Source: Phycisphaerae bacterium (GTDB taxonomy: Bacteria; Planctomycetota; Phycisphaerae; UBA1845; Fen-1342). Taken from it: a stretch of DNA of 64,000 nucleotides. The stretch covers positions 32,001 to 96,000 of the forward strand of contig CAXXWX010000010.1 of the NCBI GenBank assembly GCA_963675745.2, given 5' to 3'. A model generated the notes under the pieces. That model saw only the letters and a program-made list of their open reading frames with translations, did no database searches and had not been told where the DNA came from. Shown piece after piece: positions 49,450 to 60,647 of this stretch. The position numbers were made by a program, and so were the translations under genes. How positions within the stretch are numbered: position 1 is the first letter of the stretch; each line of letters opens with the position of its first letter.

Positions 49450-51054
49450 ATGAGCTGTTGGTCTACAACTCGAAGTCGGGCGCGAAACAGGTCGCCGTGG
49501 GCGCAGACGCGTCACGTTGTCCTGGCGGCCGCCATGCTGCTGATCGCGGCTGCACCGCTGGCCGGGCAGGACGCGCGCCCCAGCACCAGCGCGGCGGTGA
49601 TCCCCATCCGCGGCGCCATTGATGACATCATGTACGGCAGCATCGAGCGCCGCATCGATGAAGCGCGCGATATGGGCGCCAACCTCCTGATCTTTGAAAT
49701 GGACACACCCGGCGGCGGCGTCATCAGCGCCATCGACATCTGCCGGCTGATAATGCGCCAGGCTGACGGAAATATGCGCACCGTCGCCTGGATAAATCCC
49801 GAGGCCTACAGCGCCGGAGCGATGATCTCCGTGGCGTGCAACGAGATCTGGATGAGCACCGGATCGACCATCGGCGACTGTGCGCCGATCATGATCGGTG
49901 CCGCGGACTTGGGCGAGGCGGAGCGCGCCAAGGCCGAGAGTCCGGTCCTGCAGATTTTCCGCGAAGCCGCCACGCGTAACGGCTACGACCAATTGCTCTG
50001 CCGCGCGATGGTCCAGGCCAACATCGAAGTCTGGTGGATCGAGCGCGTCGATACTCCCGAAGGTGCCGAGCCCGAGCGCCGCTTTGTGCGTGGCGATGAA
50101 AAGGCGCGCCTGATCGACGATGTTGAAGAGCAAGACCTGCGCGAATGGCGGTTGGTGGAAGCTGATGGACTGCTCCAGCCCATCGACGACGAAAGCACCT
50201 TGCTGACAATGTCCGCGCTGGAGGCGGTCGAGTTTGGTCTGGCCCGTGGGCAGGCCACCAGTCTCGCCGATCTCGCCGATAAGCTCGAATTGTCGATGAT
50301 CCCCACCGTCCAGGAGATTACCGTCTGGGAACAGTTCGTCATGTGGCTCAACAGCCCGTTGGTGCGCGGCGTGCTGTTCCTGATCATGCTGGTGGGCGGC
50401 TATCTGGAGTTTCAGTCTCCCGGGCTGATCCTGCCCGGCAGTGTCGCGCTGGTCGCGGCCGCGATTTTCTTTGGCGCGCCGTACGCCGCCGGATTGGCGG
50501 ACATCTGGACGATCGTGTTGCTGGCGGTTGGCGTGGTGCTGCTGATTGTCGAGATTTACTTCATTCCGGGGTTTGGCATTTTCGGCATCCTGGGACTCTG
50601 CCTGATTTTTGTATCGCTGATCGGGAGTTTTGTGCCCGCCGAGCCGATCGCCCCCGACGGGCCCTGGTGGCGGCCGGTATGGCCGGCGCAGCCCGGCACC
50701 TGGCAGGCGATCCGGACGGGCATCACAGTGTTGAGCCTGAGCGTGATCGCGTCATTCATCGGGCTGATCTTCCTGGCGAAGTATCTGCCTCAGTTGCCGA
50801 TAGCGCGGCGACTGACGCTGGGCAATCCGGAAGGGGTTACGCTGCCGAAGCTCGGCGCGGATGCGACCGTAGCGCTGGTTGGCGACGTGGGCATCGTGGT
50901 GGGTGATCTGAAGCCCGGTGGACAGGCGCGCTTCGGCAACGATGTGGTGGACGTTACCACTCAGGGGCAGTATGTTGACGGCGGAACCAAGGTTCAGGTC
51001 ATTCGTCGTGAAGGCATGAACGTTTTCGTTCGCCCGCTGGTGGACGAAGCATGA
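49450..51054 (+). CDS. nfeD: NfeD-family membrane-bound ClpP-class serine protease (YqeZ-like)
   Basis: FEMDTPGG, AYSAGAMISVAC, TM bundle, C-terminal OB domain LKPGGQARFGNDVVDV. Confidence 0.88.
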   Translation: MSCWSTTRSRARNRSPWAQTRHVVLAAAMLLIAAAPLAGQDARPSTSAAVIPIRGAIDDIMYGSIERRIDEARDMGANLLIFEMDTPGGGVISAIDICRLIMRQADGNMRTVAWINPEAYSAGAMISVACNEIWMSTGSTIGDCAPIMIGAADLGEAERAKAESPVLQIFREAATRNGYDQLLCRAMVQANIEVWWIERVDTPEGAEPERRFVRGDEKARLIDDVEEQDLREWRLVEADGLLQPIDDESTLLTMSALEAVEFGLARGQATSLADLADKLELSMIPTVQEITVWEQFVMWLNSPLVRGVLFLIMLVGGYLEFQSPGLILPGSVALVAAAIFFGAPYAAGLADIWTIVLLAVGVVLLIVEIYFIPGFGIFGILGLCLIFVSLIGSFVPAEPIAPDGPWWRPVWPAQPGTWQAIRTGITVLSLSVIASFIGLIFLAKYLPQLPIARRLTLGNPEGVTLPKLGADATVALVGDVGIVVGDLKPGGQARFGNDVVDVTTQGQYVDGGTKVQVIRREGMNVFVRPLVDEA

Positions 51055-51082
51055 GAGACTCTGAATACAAGGGGACCTAAAC

Positions 51083-52093
51083 GTGCCATCTGGAAATCTC
51101 TTGTTGGTGGCCCTGGGCGTTATCGCGGTCATCGCCGTCATACTGGGGTTCATCTTCCTCGTGAACTTCGGCCGGCTCTACATCATGGCCCTCGCCGCGC
51201 GGGCGCGCGTCGGCATGGGAGAGCTGATCGGTATGTGGCTGCGGGGTGTCAGCTCGAACGTGATTGTGCGGGCCAAGATCCAGGCGTGGAAGGCTGGCCT
51301 GACCGAGATCAGCACTGACGATCTCGAAGCGCATTACCTGGCGGGCGGCCGGGTCATCAACGTAGTCAATGCGCTGATCTCGGCGGAACGGGCGAAGATT
51401 GCCCTGGACTTTCCGACGAGCTGCGCAATTGACCTTGCTGGCCGCGACATCGTGGACGCCGTCAACACCAGCGTGAATCCGAAAGTGATCGAGTGCCCTA
51501 ACCCGTCACTGGGCCGGCCGACCATCGACGCTGTCGCACGCGACGGCATCCAGCTCAAGGCCCGCGCGCGCGTCACCGTACGAACGAACATCCAGGGCCT
51601 CGTCGGCGGGGCCACCGAAGACACAATTATCGCTCGCGTGGGTGAGGGCATCGTCTCCGCGATCGGCTCGGCCGACACGCACAAGGCTGTGCTGGAGAAC
51701 CCCGACCGCATTTCCAAGGCGGTACTCGGCAAGGGCCTTGATGCCGGTACGGCGTTCGAGATCCTCTCGATTGACATTGCCGATATTGACGTGGGCACGA
51801 ACATCGGTGCCCAGCTTCAAGCCGACCAGGCCGAGGCCGACAAGAAACGTTTTCAGGCCGAAGCCGAACGGCGCCGCGCGATGGCCATCGCGCAGGAGCA
51901 GGAGAACATTGCGAAAGTTGCCGAGAATCGCGCGCTTGTGGTCCTGGCCGAGGCCGAGGTGCCCAAGGCAATCTCCGATGCGTTCCGCAGCGGCCACCTC
52001 GGTGTGCTCGACTACTACCGCTTCCAGAATATCCAGGCCGACACGAGCATGCGCTCGCGTGTCGCGGGCGGCGAAGAGGAAAAGAAGGGCTAG
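51083..52093 (+). CDS. floA: Flotillin-like protein FloA (YqfA)
   Basis: [61 protein letters not shown]. Confidence 0.93.
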   Translation: MPSGNLLLVALGVIAVIAVILGFIFLVNFGRLYIMALAARARVGMGELIGMWLRGVSSNVIVRAKIQAWKAGLTEISTDDLEAHYLAGGRVINVVNALISAERAKIALDFPTSCAIDLAGRDIVDAVNTSVNPKVIECPNPSLGRPTIDAVARDGIQLKARARVTVRTNIQGLVGGATEDTIIARVGEGIVSAIGSADTHKAVLENPDRISKAVLGKGLDAGTAFEILSIDIADIDVGTNIGAQLQADQAEADKKRFQAEAERRRAMAIAQEQENIAKVAENRALVVLAEAEVPKAISDAFRSGHLGVLDYYRFQNIQADTSMRSRVAGGEEEKKG

Positions 52094-52102
52094 CCGGCAA
52101 CA

Positions 52103-52834
52103 ATGCACGAGCTACTGGCATTTGACCTGGACGAACGCGCCATTGTGGGGATGGCTATCGCCGGCTTCTACGGGCTGGTCTATATCGCCAACGCGCTGAA
52201 GAAGCGCAAGGAAGAGCAGGAGCCGAAACGCGAGACGCGTCGTCCGCGACCGGTGCAACAACAGCCGTCAAAGTCAGGCAGCCCGCAGCGACCTGTGCGT
52301 CGTCAGGGTGCGATTCCGCCGCGACCGGCGCGCCCGACGGGGGCCCCGCGGCCGCCAAGGACGGTTCAGCCGCCCCCGCAACAGCCCCACGCGCCACCTC
52401 GACCAACGGCCCGTCCGGCTCCGCGTCCGGCTCCGCAACCGCAACCAAAACCTCAGCCCGTGGCCCGCGCTCCCGAACCACAGCCGCGCCCACATCGCCC
52501 GGTCGAGCCGATGCGCGGACATCACGGCCCCAGGGAGCTGCACGATCACATCGCCGAGCGGCACGTGAAGACGCACGTCTCCGCCGATGAAGCTGTTAAG
52601 CGCAAAGCCACCAAGCCGGCGCAACCACGATCCATGCCCGCTGAATCGCGAACTGAGGCGTCGATTACAGCGCTACTGGAGCGCAAGGTGCGGCGGCGGC
52701 GTGCGGGCAACGTTGTCGACAAGCTTAACCGCGTGCTGCACAGCCGCTCCGGGTTTGAGGGCGCGTTTCTGCTCTCCGAGATCCTCGGTCCGCCCGTCGG
52801 CTTCCGCAAAGACCACCTCGAACCGCGCATCTAG
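52103..52834 (+). CDS. Pro-rich membrane-anchored protein (third gene of the nfeD-floA operon, YqfB-like position)
   Basis: N-terminal TM, PQ-rich linker, C-terminal AFLLSEILGPPVG. Confidence 0.7.
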   Translation: MHELLAFDLDERAIVGMAIAGFYGLVYIANALKKRKEEQEPKRETRRPRPVQQQPSKSGSPQRPVRRQGAIPPRPARPTGAPRPPRTVQPPPQQPHAPPRPTARPAPRPAPQPQPKPQPVARAPEPQPRPHRPVEPMRGHHGPRELHDHIAERHVKTHVSADEAVKRKATKPAQPRSMPAESRTEASITALLERKVRRRRAGNVVDKLNRVLHSRSGFEGAFLLSEILGPPVGFRKDHLEPRI

Positions 52835-52934
52835 AGAATGCTCCACGGAATGGTGGCGTCCGGTCACGAACCTCGTTGCCGCGTTACCTTTCCATTCCAG
52901 GGCCCGCGACACGATCGGCGGACGGTAGCGATGT

Positions 52935-53116
52935 CGTCCCGCAGGGACGCAATGAACATAGCCCAGCACGCAGTGCTGGGGCAATTGCGGCCACGCAAAG
53001 ACCCAGTCCCATCGGGACGGCTGAGCTTTCAGTCGTCCCGTGCGGGACTCGGTGGCCAGGTGCGCGATCGAACCCAGTACTGCGTACTGGGCTAAATCCA
53101 GATGCCCCTGCGGGGC
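52935..53116. repeat. Nested palindromic REP/MITE-like element (about 180 bp)
   Basis: CGTCCCGCAGGGACG...TAGCCCAGCACGCAGTGCTGGG...AGTCCCATCGGGACGGCTGA / TCAGTCGTCCCGTGCGGGACT...CCCAGTACTGCGTACTGGGCTA...GCCCCTGCGGGGC. Confidence 0.8.
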
Positions 53117-53306
53117 GGACAACTCGGAAACCACAGGCGCGGATTTCTCGCCATCAGTGCCACGGCCTTTCACTCCCCTCGGCGCTCGCGGGAGCGGGAC
53201 TTTCCGCACTCCTGCCGCTAAACTCACACGATTGCCGGCCCGCGAACGGTTGATGTAGCATGCCGTGGCTGGTTGCGCTATCTGAATGCGGCGTGGAGAA
53301 TCACTG

Positions 53307-56300
53307 ATGAGTACAGGCGGTAGTTACGACCCCACAGGTGTGGAAGCGGAAATGTACGGACTCTGGGAGGCCGGCGATTACTTCCACGCCGAACCCGACG
53401 AGACCAGAGAGCCCTACTCGATCGTGATTCCGCCGCCCAACGTAACCGGTGCGCTGCACCTGGGCCACGCGCTCAACAACACGCTCCAGGACGTGCTGAT
53501 CCGCCGCGCGCGGATGCGCGGCTTCAACACCTGCTGGCTGCCCGGGACCGACCACGCCGGCATCGCGACGCAGGCGGTGGTTGAGAAGCGGCTGAAGGAA
53601 GAGGAGAACCAGACGCGGCACGAGATCGGCCGCGAGGCGCTGGTCCAGCGCATCTGGGACTGGAAGGACGATTACAACGCGCGGATCATCAACCAATTGC
53701 GCAAGATGGGCTGCTCGTGCGATTGGCAGCGGACGCGCTTTACGCTCGACGAGGTCTGTGCGAAGGCCGTCTACGAGACGTTCTTCCGCTTCTTCAAGGA
53801 CGGGCTGATCTTCCGCGGCTTGCGATTGGTGAACTGGGACGCGCATTTGCAGACCGCCGTCGCGGACGACGAGATCGTACACGAGACGGTCAAGGGCAGC
53901 CTGTGGCACTATCGTTATCCGATTCTGGAAGGGCACGCGGCGGCCGAAGAACATGCCGACGCGAACAGCCGTCGGCATGGCACCCATGACGTGGCGGCCG
54001 ATGCCCGTGGATTGTCGGACGACGATGCGAAGGCTGCCATCGCCCGGGCGACAAAGCCCGATGCCCAGCTCGGCGTCGATTACCTCAGCGTCGCCACCAC
54101 GCGCCCTGAGACCATGCTCGGCGATACGGCGTTGGCGGTACACCCGGACGACGAGCGCTACAAGCACCTGATCGGCGGGCGGGTCATGCTGCCGCTCCAG
54201 AACCGGACGATACCGGTCATCGCCGACGGCTTGCTGGTCAAGCAGGAGTTCGGCACCGGCTGCGTAAAGGTCACGCCGGCCCACGACCCGAACGACTACG
54301 CCTGCGGCCAGCGCCAGGGTCTGGAGATGATCAACATCCTCACGCCCGAGGGCCTGATCAACGACAACGGCGGGGCGTACGAAGGCATGGACCGCTACGA
54401 CGCGCGTAAGAAAGTCGTCGCCGATCTCGAAGCGCTGGGCCTGCTGGAGCAGACCGAGCCCTACGAGACCGAGATCGGCCATTCCGACCGCAGTAAAACG
54501 CCGATCGAGCCGATGCTGAGCGAGCAGTGGTTTGTGAAGATGGACGAGCTGGCGGAGCCGGCGTTGGAAGCCGTCCGCGACGGCCGCGTGCGGTTCTTCC
54601 CCGAGCGCTACGCAAAGACCTATCTCGACTGGCTAGGCGAAAAACGCGACTGGTGCATCAGCCGGCAACTCTGGTGGGGGCACCGGATTCCAGTTTGGAC
54701 CGTGCCCGCGGCTGTCGCCGGTGTGTTTGACGAAGGCCGGGATCAGCGCAAGCGGTCGACGATTGACGAACTGGGGGCCGCGTTGCGGGAGTACTTCGCG
54801 GCGGCAGGGGTGACAGAGGACTCGTACGTCGTGGAGCAACCCAACGAGTTCACTTTTCGCGTCTGCGGTGGCTCGAATCGAGCCCGGCGCGCGCTCGCTG
54901 CACTTGAGGAGTTTTATGAGGGCTTCAGATTGGAGAAGGTCGAGCGAGGTCAGGCACCGAAGACCGCTCCTAAGTTCGTTGATGGCTTTCGCGAGGCGAC
55001 GCCGGCAGCGCATCGGATACTGACGAAGAGCTACTTCGTTCGCCAAGACCCCGACGTCCTCGACACCTGGTTCAGCTCCGCCCTCTGGCCACACAGCACG
55101 TTCGGGTGGCCGGGAGAAGAAGAGGGATTAAGGGAATCAGGGAGTAAGGGACTAAGGGAATCAGGGACTAAGGGATTAAGGGAGGGTGACGCCAGCGCAC
55201 CCTCAATCCCTCAATCCCTCAATCCCTCAATCCCCACTCTCAACTACTTCTACCCAACCAACGTCCTCTGCACCGCCCGCGACATCATCTCGCTCTGGGT
55301 CGCGCGCATGGTCATGACCGGGCTGTACAACGTCGGGAGCGTGCCGTTCCCGCACGTCTACATCCACCCCGTTATCCAGGACGGCCAGGGACGACGGATG
55401 AGCAAGTCGCTCGGCAACGGCGTCGATCCGCTCGAACTGATTGAGATGTACGGCACCGACGCCATGCGCTTCACCCTTGCCCAACTTGCCGGCGAGACAC
55501 AGGACATCCGCATCCCGGTCAAACAGCTCAAGCTCGACGACGGGCGCATGATCAACACGTCAGAGCGTTTCGAGCTGGGCCGCAACTTCTGCAATAAGCT
55601 CTGGCAGGCCGCCACCGGCTTTGTCATGGGCAACCTGAGCGGCTACGCGCCCAAGCCGCTGACGCCGGCGGATCTGACGCTCGAAGACCGCTGGATTCTC
55701 TCGCGGCTGACGGCGTGCATTGAAGAGGTCGATCGGCGGCTTGAACAATACCAGTTCAGTGACGCCTGCAACGCGCTTTACGCGTTCTTCTGGAGCGACT
55801 TCTGCGACTGGTACGTCGAGCTCGCCAAGCCGCGCCTGTTCGAACGCGACGAGCAGGGCGAGTTCATCACGCGCTCGGATGAGTCGGCCCAGGTGGCGCG
55901 GCAGGTGCTGGTGTGGGTGCTCGACCAGACGCTGCGTTTGCTGCACCCGGTCGTGCCGTTTATCACCGAGAAGCTCTGGCACATGCTCAACGAGGCCGCT
56001 CCGGTGCGTGGCTTGACGCAAGTTGGCGAGCACGGGCCGGCGCTGATCGTGGCGGCGTGGCCGGATGCTGCCGCCTGGCCGCGCGATGAGCAAGCCGAGA
56101 CCGACATCGAGGCGCTGCGCGACGTGATCCGCGCGCTGCGCGACACGCGCAACCGCGTGAACGGCATTCGCGCCGCCGCCCGGCAGACGGTGCTCAAGTC
56201 GCTGCCGAAGGGCGTCATCAAGGCGAAGATGGCGATCGCCGAGGCGCTGCGCGAGTCCAGCGCGATGATCTGCCGGCTGGGCCAGTGTGATGAGGTCGAA

Positions 56301-56592
56301 ATCGGCCCCGATGCGACCAAGCCGCCGGACGCCGCCACGCAGGTCTTTCACGGCATCGAGGTCTACGTATCACTGACCGGCCTGGCGGACTTGGCCATCG
56401 AGCGCAAGCGGCTGGGCAAGGAGCGCGACGAGACCGCCACACAGATCCAGCGACTGGATGGCAAACTCGCCAACGAGGGCTTTGTTTCTAAGGCGCCGCC
56501 GGAGGTGGTCGAGAAGGAACGCGAGCGTCCTGGCCAAGCTGCTGGAGAAGCTGGCGGCGGTTGATCGGAACCTGGCGGAGATCAGCGAGTGA
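53307..56592 (+). CDS. valS: Valine--tRNA ligase (three insertions; apparent +1 indel near 56530)
   Basis: PPPNVTGALHLGHA, ATTRPETMLGD, DWCISRQLWWGH, RMSKS. Removing one C restores ERERLAKLLEKLAAVDRNLAEISE* with TGA at 56590-56592. Confidence 0.95.
55123..55234. repeat. In-frame 8-nt-period inverted repeat array inside valS
   Basis: Seven AGGGA(N)T(A/C) units at 55123-55178, then four CCCTCAAT units at 55200-55231. Confidence 0.9.
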
Positions 56593-56619
56593 CACGAGCC
56601 CGATATCGAACAAACCGTC

Positions 56620-56689
56620 GTGTGCCACGGCTCTGTGAGCCGTGCTGTGCCACGACGGGAGAAGCACTGCCCACAGAGCAGTGGCACAC
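56620..56689. repeat. REP-like palindromic element (GTGTGCCAC family)
   Basis: GTGTGCCACGGCTCTGTGAGCCGTG ... CACTGCCCACAGAGCAGTGGCACAC, followed by a GACCGACC-TCC-GGTCGGTC hairpin. Confidence 0.75.
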
Positions 56690-56738
56690 GTCACGCTGTG
56701 GGACCGACCTCCGGTCGGTCGCGTTCCGACAGTCATTT

Positions 56739-58818
56739 ATGCTCAGACAGGCCGGAGGCCTGTCATCCATGCTGTTGATCGGCGTCCTCTGTGTTGTAAC
56801 CGCGGCGGCGGACGAACCCCAGTCGATCGAAACACTGCTCCGCGGTGTCGGAATCGAACCGCGCGACGTCGCGATCAACAACAACGACCTGACGCTGATG
56901 GTCGGGGCCCGGCCGCGGACACCGTTGGCGCAGATGCTGATGACCGAGCCGCTGCGCGCCGATGCGCTGGGACAGGCCATCGGCGACCTGCTGGTTGACG
57001 CCGCCGCCAACAAGCCGGTCAATGTCCTGTCGACGCTGTCGCGTTTTCAACGGTCGCACATTGCGGCGTGGGCTCGTAGGCGATCCGACATCTGGCTATC
57101 TCGCCAGCGCCCGGCAGCCCGATGCTCTGCTGGACGTGTTGCGGCAGTGTGGCGGGCGGCGCATTTCCACCAGCGCCCTCGCGGACGTGCCGGAGTCGGT
57201 GCAGCAGGCGGCGACCATGTTGCTGCTCGCGGCCCCTCGACGCGGAGCCGTGGATCGAGCGGGCGCAGCGCGCCGCCGGCGACGACCGCTGGTGGTCCCG
57301 CGTGGAGCGCGAGCTGCGCAAACCCCTGCCCGATGCGAAATCCGATGAGCGCGAAGAGACGCCCGACGATGAGTATCAACTCGAATACAAACTGGCGCTC
57401 GAGAAGTTTCCGGCCCAGTGGATGATGGTCGCCGGGCAAGACATGTTGCTGACACTGATCGCCGCGCGCGAGTTGCTGCTCATCGACGAGCAGCTCGCCG
57501 CGGCCACGTTTGACCTGCGCGTGAACACGCGGCTTGGCTGGGTTGCGCTCACGGGCAGCCAGGATGACGAGCACGACTATCGTGGCCCGGTGGCACTGAT
57601 CATCGATATCGGCGGCGACGATACGTACACCCAGGCCGGCGGCAACGCGGACCGCAAGCACGCGGTCAGCGTCGCGCTCGACTGGGCGGGAAATGATCTA
57701 TACCAGGCGCTGCCGGACGAGTTCGCCAGCTTCGGGGCCGGGGCGCTCGGCGTCGGTATTCTCTGGGACGAGGCCGGCGACGATATCTATGACGCCGACC
57801 GACGCACGCAGGGTTGTGGCGTGTTCGGCGTGGGTGTGCTTGTCGACCGCGCGGGCCGCGACACCTATCGCGCGATCAGCGATGCGCAGGGTTCAGCGAC
57901 GGGCGGGTTACGGCGTGCTGGTCGACATGGTCGGCGACGACTGCTACGAGTCCCTACATTGCCTCGCAGGCGTTCGCCCGCGCCAAACGCCGCCGCCACA
58001 CTTATCGATCTGGCCGGCAACGACGAATACGTGGCGAACGACAGCGAGATCCGCTTTCCGTCGTCGCAGAACGCCGAGCACAACACCTCGATGTGCCAGG
58101 GGGCCGGCCACTGGTGAGCGGGCCGACTATCTCGACGGAGTGAGTATCAACGGCGGCGTGGCCGTGCTGCTTGATGCTCAAGGTGATGACAAGTACACGT
58201 GCGGCCTGTTTGGCCAGGGCGTGGGCTATTGGCTCGGCACCGGCATGCTTATCGACCTGGCCGGCCGCGATCGCTATCTCGGGCACTGGTACGTGCAGGG
58301 GGCCTCGGCGCACTTCGCGGTCGGCATGCTTTGCGATCGCGACGGCGACGATCGCTACACCGCCAACCAGAACATGTCACAAGGCGCCGGCCACGGACGT
58401 CGGCATTGGGATCCTGATCGACGACGCCGGTGGACGATGTCTACGAGGGTTCGACGCTCGGCCTGGGGCGCGTCGAACGCGGCGGGCATCGGAATCTGCA
58501 TCGACAAGGCCGGCGACGATCAATACCACACGCCGCCAAGCATCTGCCTCGGCTGGGTGAACCCGAACACGGCGTACCGGGGGCTGTTTCGATCGTACGG
58601 CCTGTTCTTCGATCTCGGGCGGCACCGACACGTACGCGGGACGCGATGACGGCGCCGGGCGTGAAGGACCGAAAGCGTCCAGCATCTGGTCCTCGCCGGC
58701 GAACACCGGCACGGCCGGGCGTTACATCTACGGCTTCGGCTTTGACGCGCCGTTGGCTGGCGCGGCCGCGGCCGGGCTTCCGACAGACCAGCCGGCCAGG
58801 CGTGTCGCGGAGCCGTAG
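56739..58818 (+). CDS. Secreted protein with many GxGxLxDxxGxDxY repeats, broken by multiple apparent sequencing indels
   Basis: Signal peptide; repeats IIDIGGDDTY, LDWAGNDLY, LWDEAGDDIY, LIDLAGNDEY, LLDAQGDDKY, LCDRDGDDRY spread over three frames. The end coordinate is approximate. Confidence 0.65.
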
Positions 58819-59043
58819 TCGGTGACATGCAAGGACGAGGGCCCGGCCCGGATCAGCCCCGGCGGCCGGGCAGACGTCCGGAAACTCTGCGGCGACCGGC
58901 GCTTGAGCTTACTCGCGTGGGCACGCCAGATTACGGGACGGCTGATCACGCCGCGCAGGCTTGTCTGAGGGCTTTCGCGATCGATTTGGATGTGCTAACA
59001 TTAGGAATTGCTCGCCGCCGGCGGCGCGCGGGCGGAATCGCCA

Positions 59044-59116
59044 CGGGCGTGGCCCAGTCTGGTAGAGCGCTGCGTTCGGGACGCAGAGGTCGTAGGTTCA
59101 AATCCTATCGCCCCGA
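59044..59116 (+). tRNA. tRNA-Pro (CGG)
   Basis: CGGGCGTGGCCCAGTCTGGTAGAGCG-CTGCG-TTCGGGA-CGCAG-AGGTCGTAGGTTCAAATCCTATCGCCCCGA. The 5' acceptor strand is one G short of pairing with CGCCCCG. Confidence 0.92.
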
Positions 59117-59311
59117 TTCGACAACCCCCTGCATAGCGGCAGTAATCCGCGCATGTTTTCAGCCCGCCACGGGATTCTCCGGTCGGGAGGCGATTCCTCG
59201 CGCTACTGCCGACTCCTCCGTCCCGCAATTTGGCCCGATCCTGTCCCAGGTTCAGCGTCGGCAACGGGCCGCGCGGCGAACCATCAGCCGACGCAGCATC
59301 CTGGTTTTTGG

Positions 59312-59440
59312 CAGATCTCCGGCGAGACGATTCCCGCCCTGCGCCGCGACGTTCTGAGCGAGATCCTGCGCAGAGGCGCGCAACGCCTGTTGGCGCAAGC
59401 GATGGACGCCGAGGTGAGTCAGTGGATTGACGCCGCCGCC
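59312..59440 (+). mobile_element. IS256-family transposase N-terminal remnant
   Basis: RDVLSEILRRGAQRLLAQAMDAEVSQWI matches the DxLxExLRxGAxxLLxQAxEAEV start of IS256 transposases; truncated. Confidence 0.7.
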
Positions 59441-59444
59441 GGTT

Positions 59445-60647
59445 CAGGTCGACCGTTCGCCCGCCCATTCCCTCAGCCAGCACACCTTCGAGGACCCGCA
59501 GGAAATCCTCAATGTCCTTGAGGTCAATCGTCAAACTCGGATCGATACGCAGCACTTTGACATCGGGACGCCGCCCGACGATGAAGCCACGCCGTACGAG
59601 TTCGCGATGCACCCGCATCGTAAACGAGTTTTCCGCATCATCGTCCATTTCCAGCGCGACCATCAGTCCCCGCGAACGAATGTCCTTGATCCGGCTTGTG
59701 CGATCCCTGATCTTCTTCAACCCGGTCATGAGGACATGCGCAATCTCCTTGCCTCGCTCGATCAGCCGTTCTTCCGTGATGACCCGAATGACCTCCCGCA
59801 CAACGGCCGCCCCCAGCGGATCATTCTGGTGAGACTGGGCGTATTTCACCCGCTCGCCCTTCAGCCGGCGTATGACGGTGTGCGAGAGCGCCGCCACACT
59901 CACGGGGTAACCATTGCCGATGCCCTTGCCCATGGCAACGATATCCGGCGCAAACCCATAGTGCTGAAAGCCGAACCAACACCCAGTTCGGCCGACACCA
60001 GTCGTCACCTCGTTTACTAGAACAAGCCCATCGCTTTCCTTGACAACACGAACGATGTTCCGAATCAGCTTCTCCGACGGAAAACGAACCAAACCGGATG
60101 AACTGCCGGGTTCGAGAAGAAAACCCCCGATCTTGTCAAATGGGATCGTCGCCCATCTGTCGCAGTGCCCGCCGCAGTCACCGGCGTGCGGGCACGCGGC
60201 GCATGCCTGCCAGTCGAAACGGAACCACTCGTCGTCCTCGCCCTTACTCGCAGAACCGTAGGCCCCGAAGTAGGAATCCGTCATCGTCATCAGCAATGGT
60301 CGATAAATGACCATCTGCGCGACCCGCACGCCATACTCGACGGCTTCGCTGCCCGAACACAGGAAGACACATTTGCCGTCCTCGAATCCGACCAGGGACA
60401 GAATCTCCCGCGCTGCCTGCTCCACCACGCCGCTCGAGTAACAGAAGCCCGTGTGACCGATCCGCGCGGCCTGTTCCGCAATCGCGCGAAGCACGTTTGG
60501 ATTCCCTTGACCGATCGGCGTACACCACACGCCCGATTCAAGATCGACGTACCGCTTGCCTTGGGCATCATAGAGAGAGCAGTTTTCTGCACGGACCAAG
60601 TCCGTCAGAAGCAACTCGTGCCCAGGATACCATACGATGTGCGTCAT
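59445..60647 (-). CDS. Class III PLP-dependent aminotransferase (acetylornithine/GABA-AT-like); native stop apparently lost
   Basis: GGAGG SD before ATG at 60647; LYDAQGKRYVDLESG, SGSEAVE, LVNEVTTGVGRTG, PDIVAMGKGIGNG, IRSRGLM. The ORF reads on through the IS remnant and tRNA to 59001. Confidence 0.85.

Noticed and set aside
52835..53306. T-box riboswitch upstream of valS
   Set aside because: No GGTGGNACCGCG T-box sequence or terminator/antiterminator was found; the structure is a symmetric repeat element.
56520..59050. Pseudogenisation or programmed frameshifting in the valS C-terminus, the repeat protein and the tRNA-Pro(CGG) acceptor stem
   Set aside because: Many single-base indels cluster here, mostly at short homopolymers, and they hit an essential gene and a tRNA. 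Long-read consensus error is the simpler explanation and should be checked by polishing.
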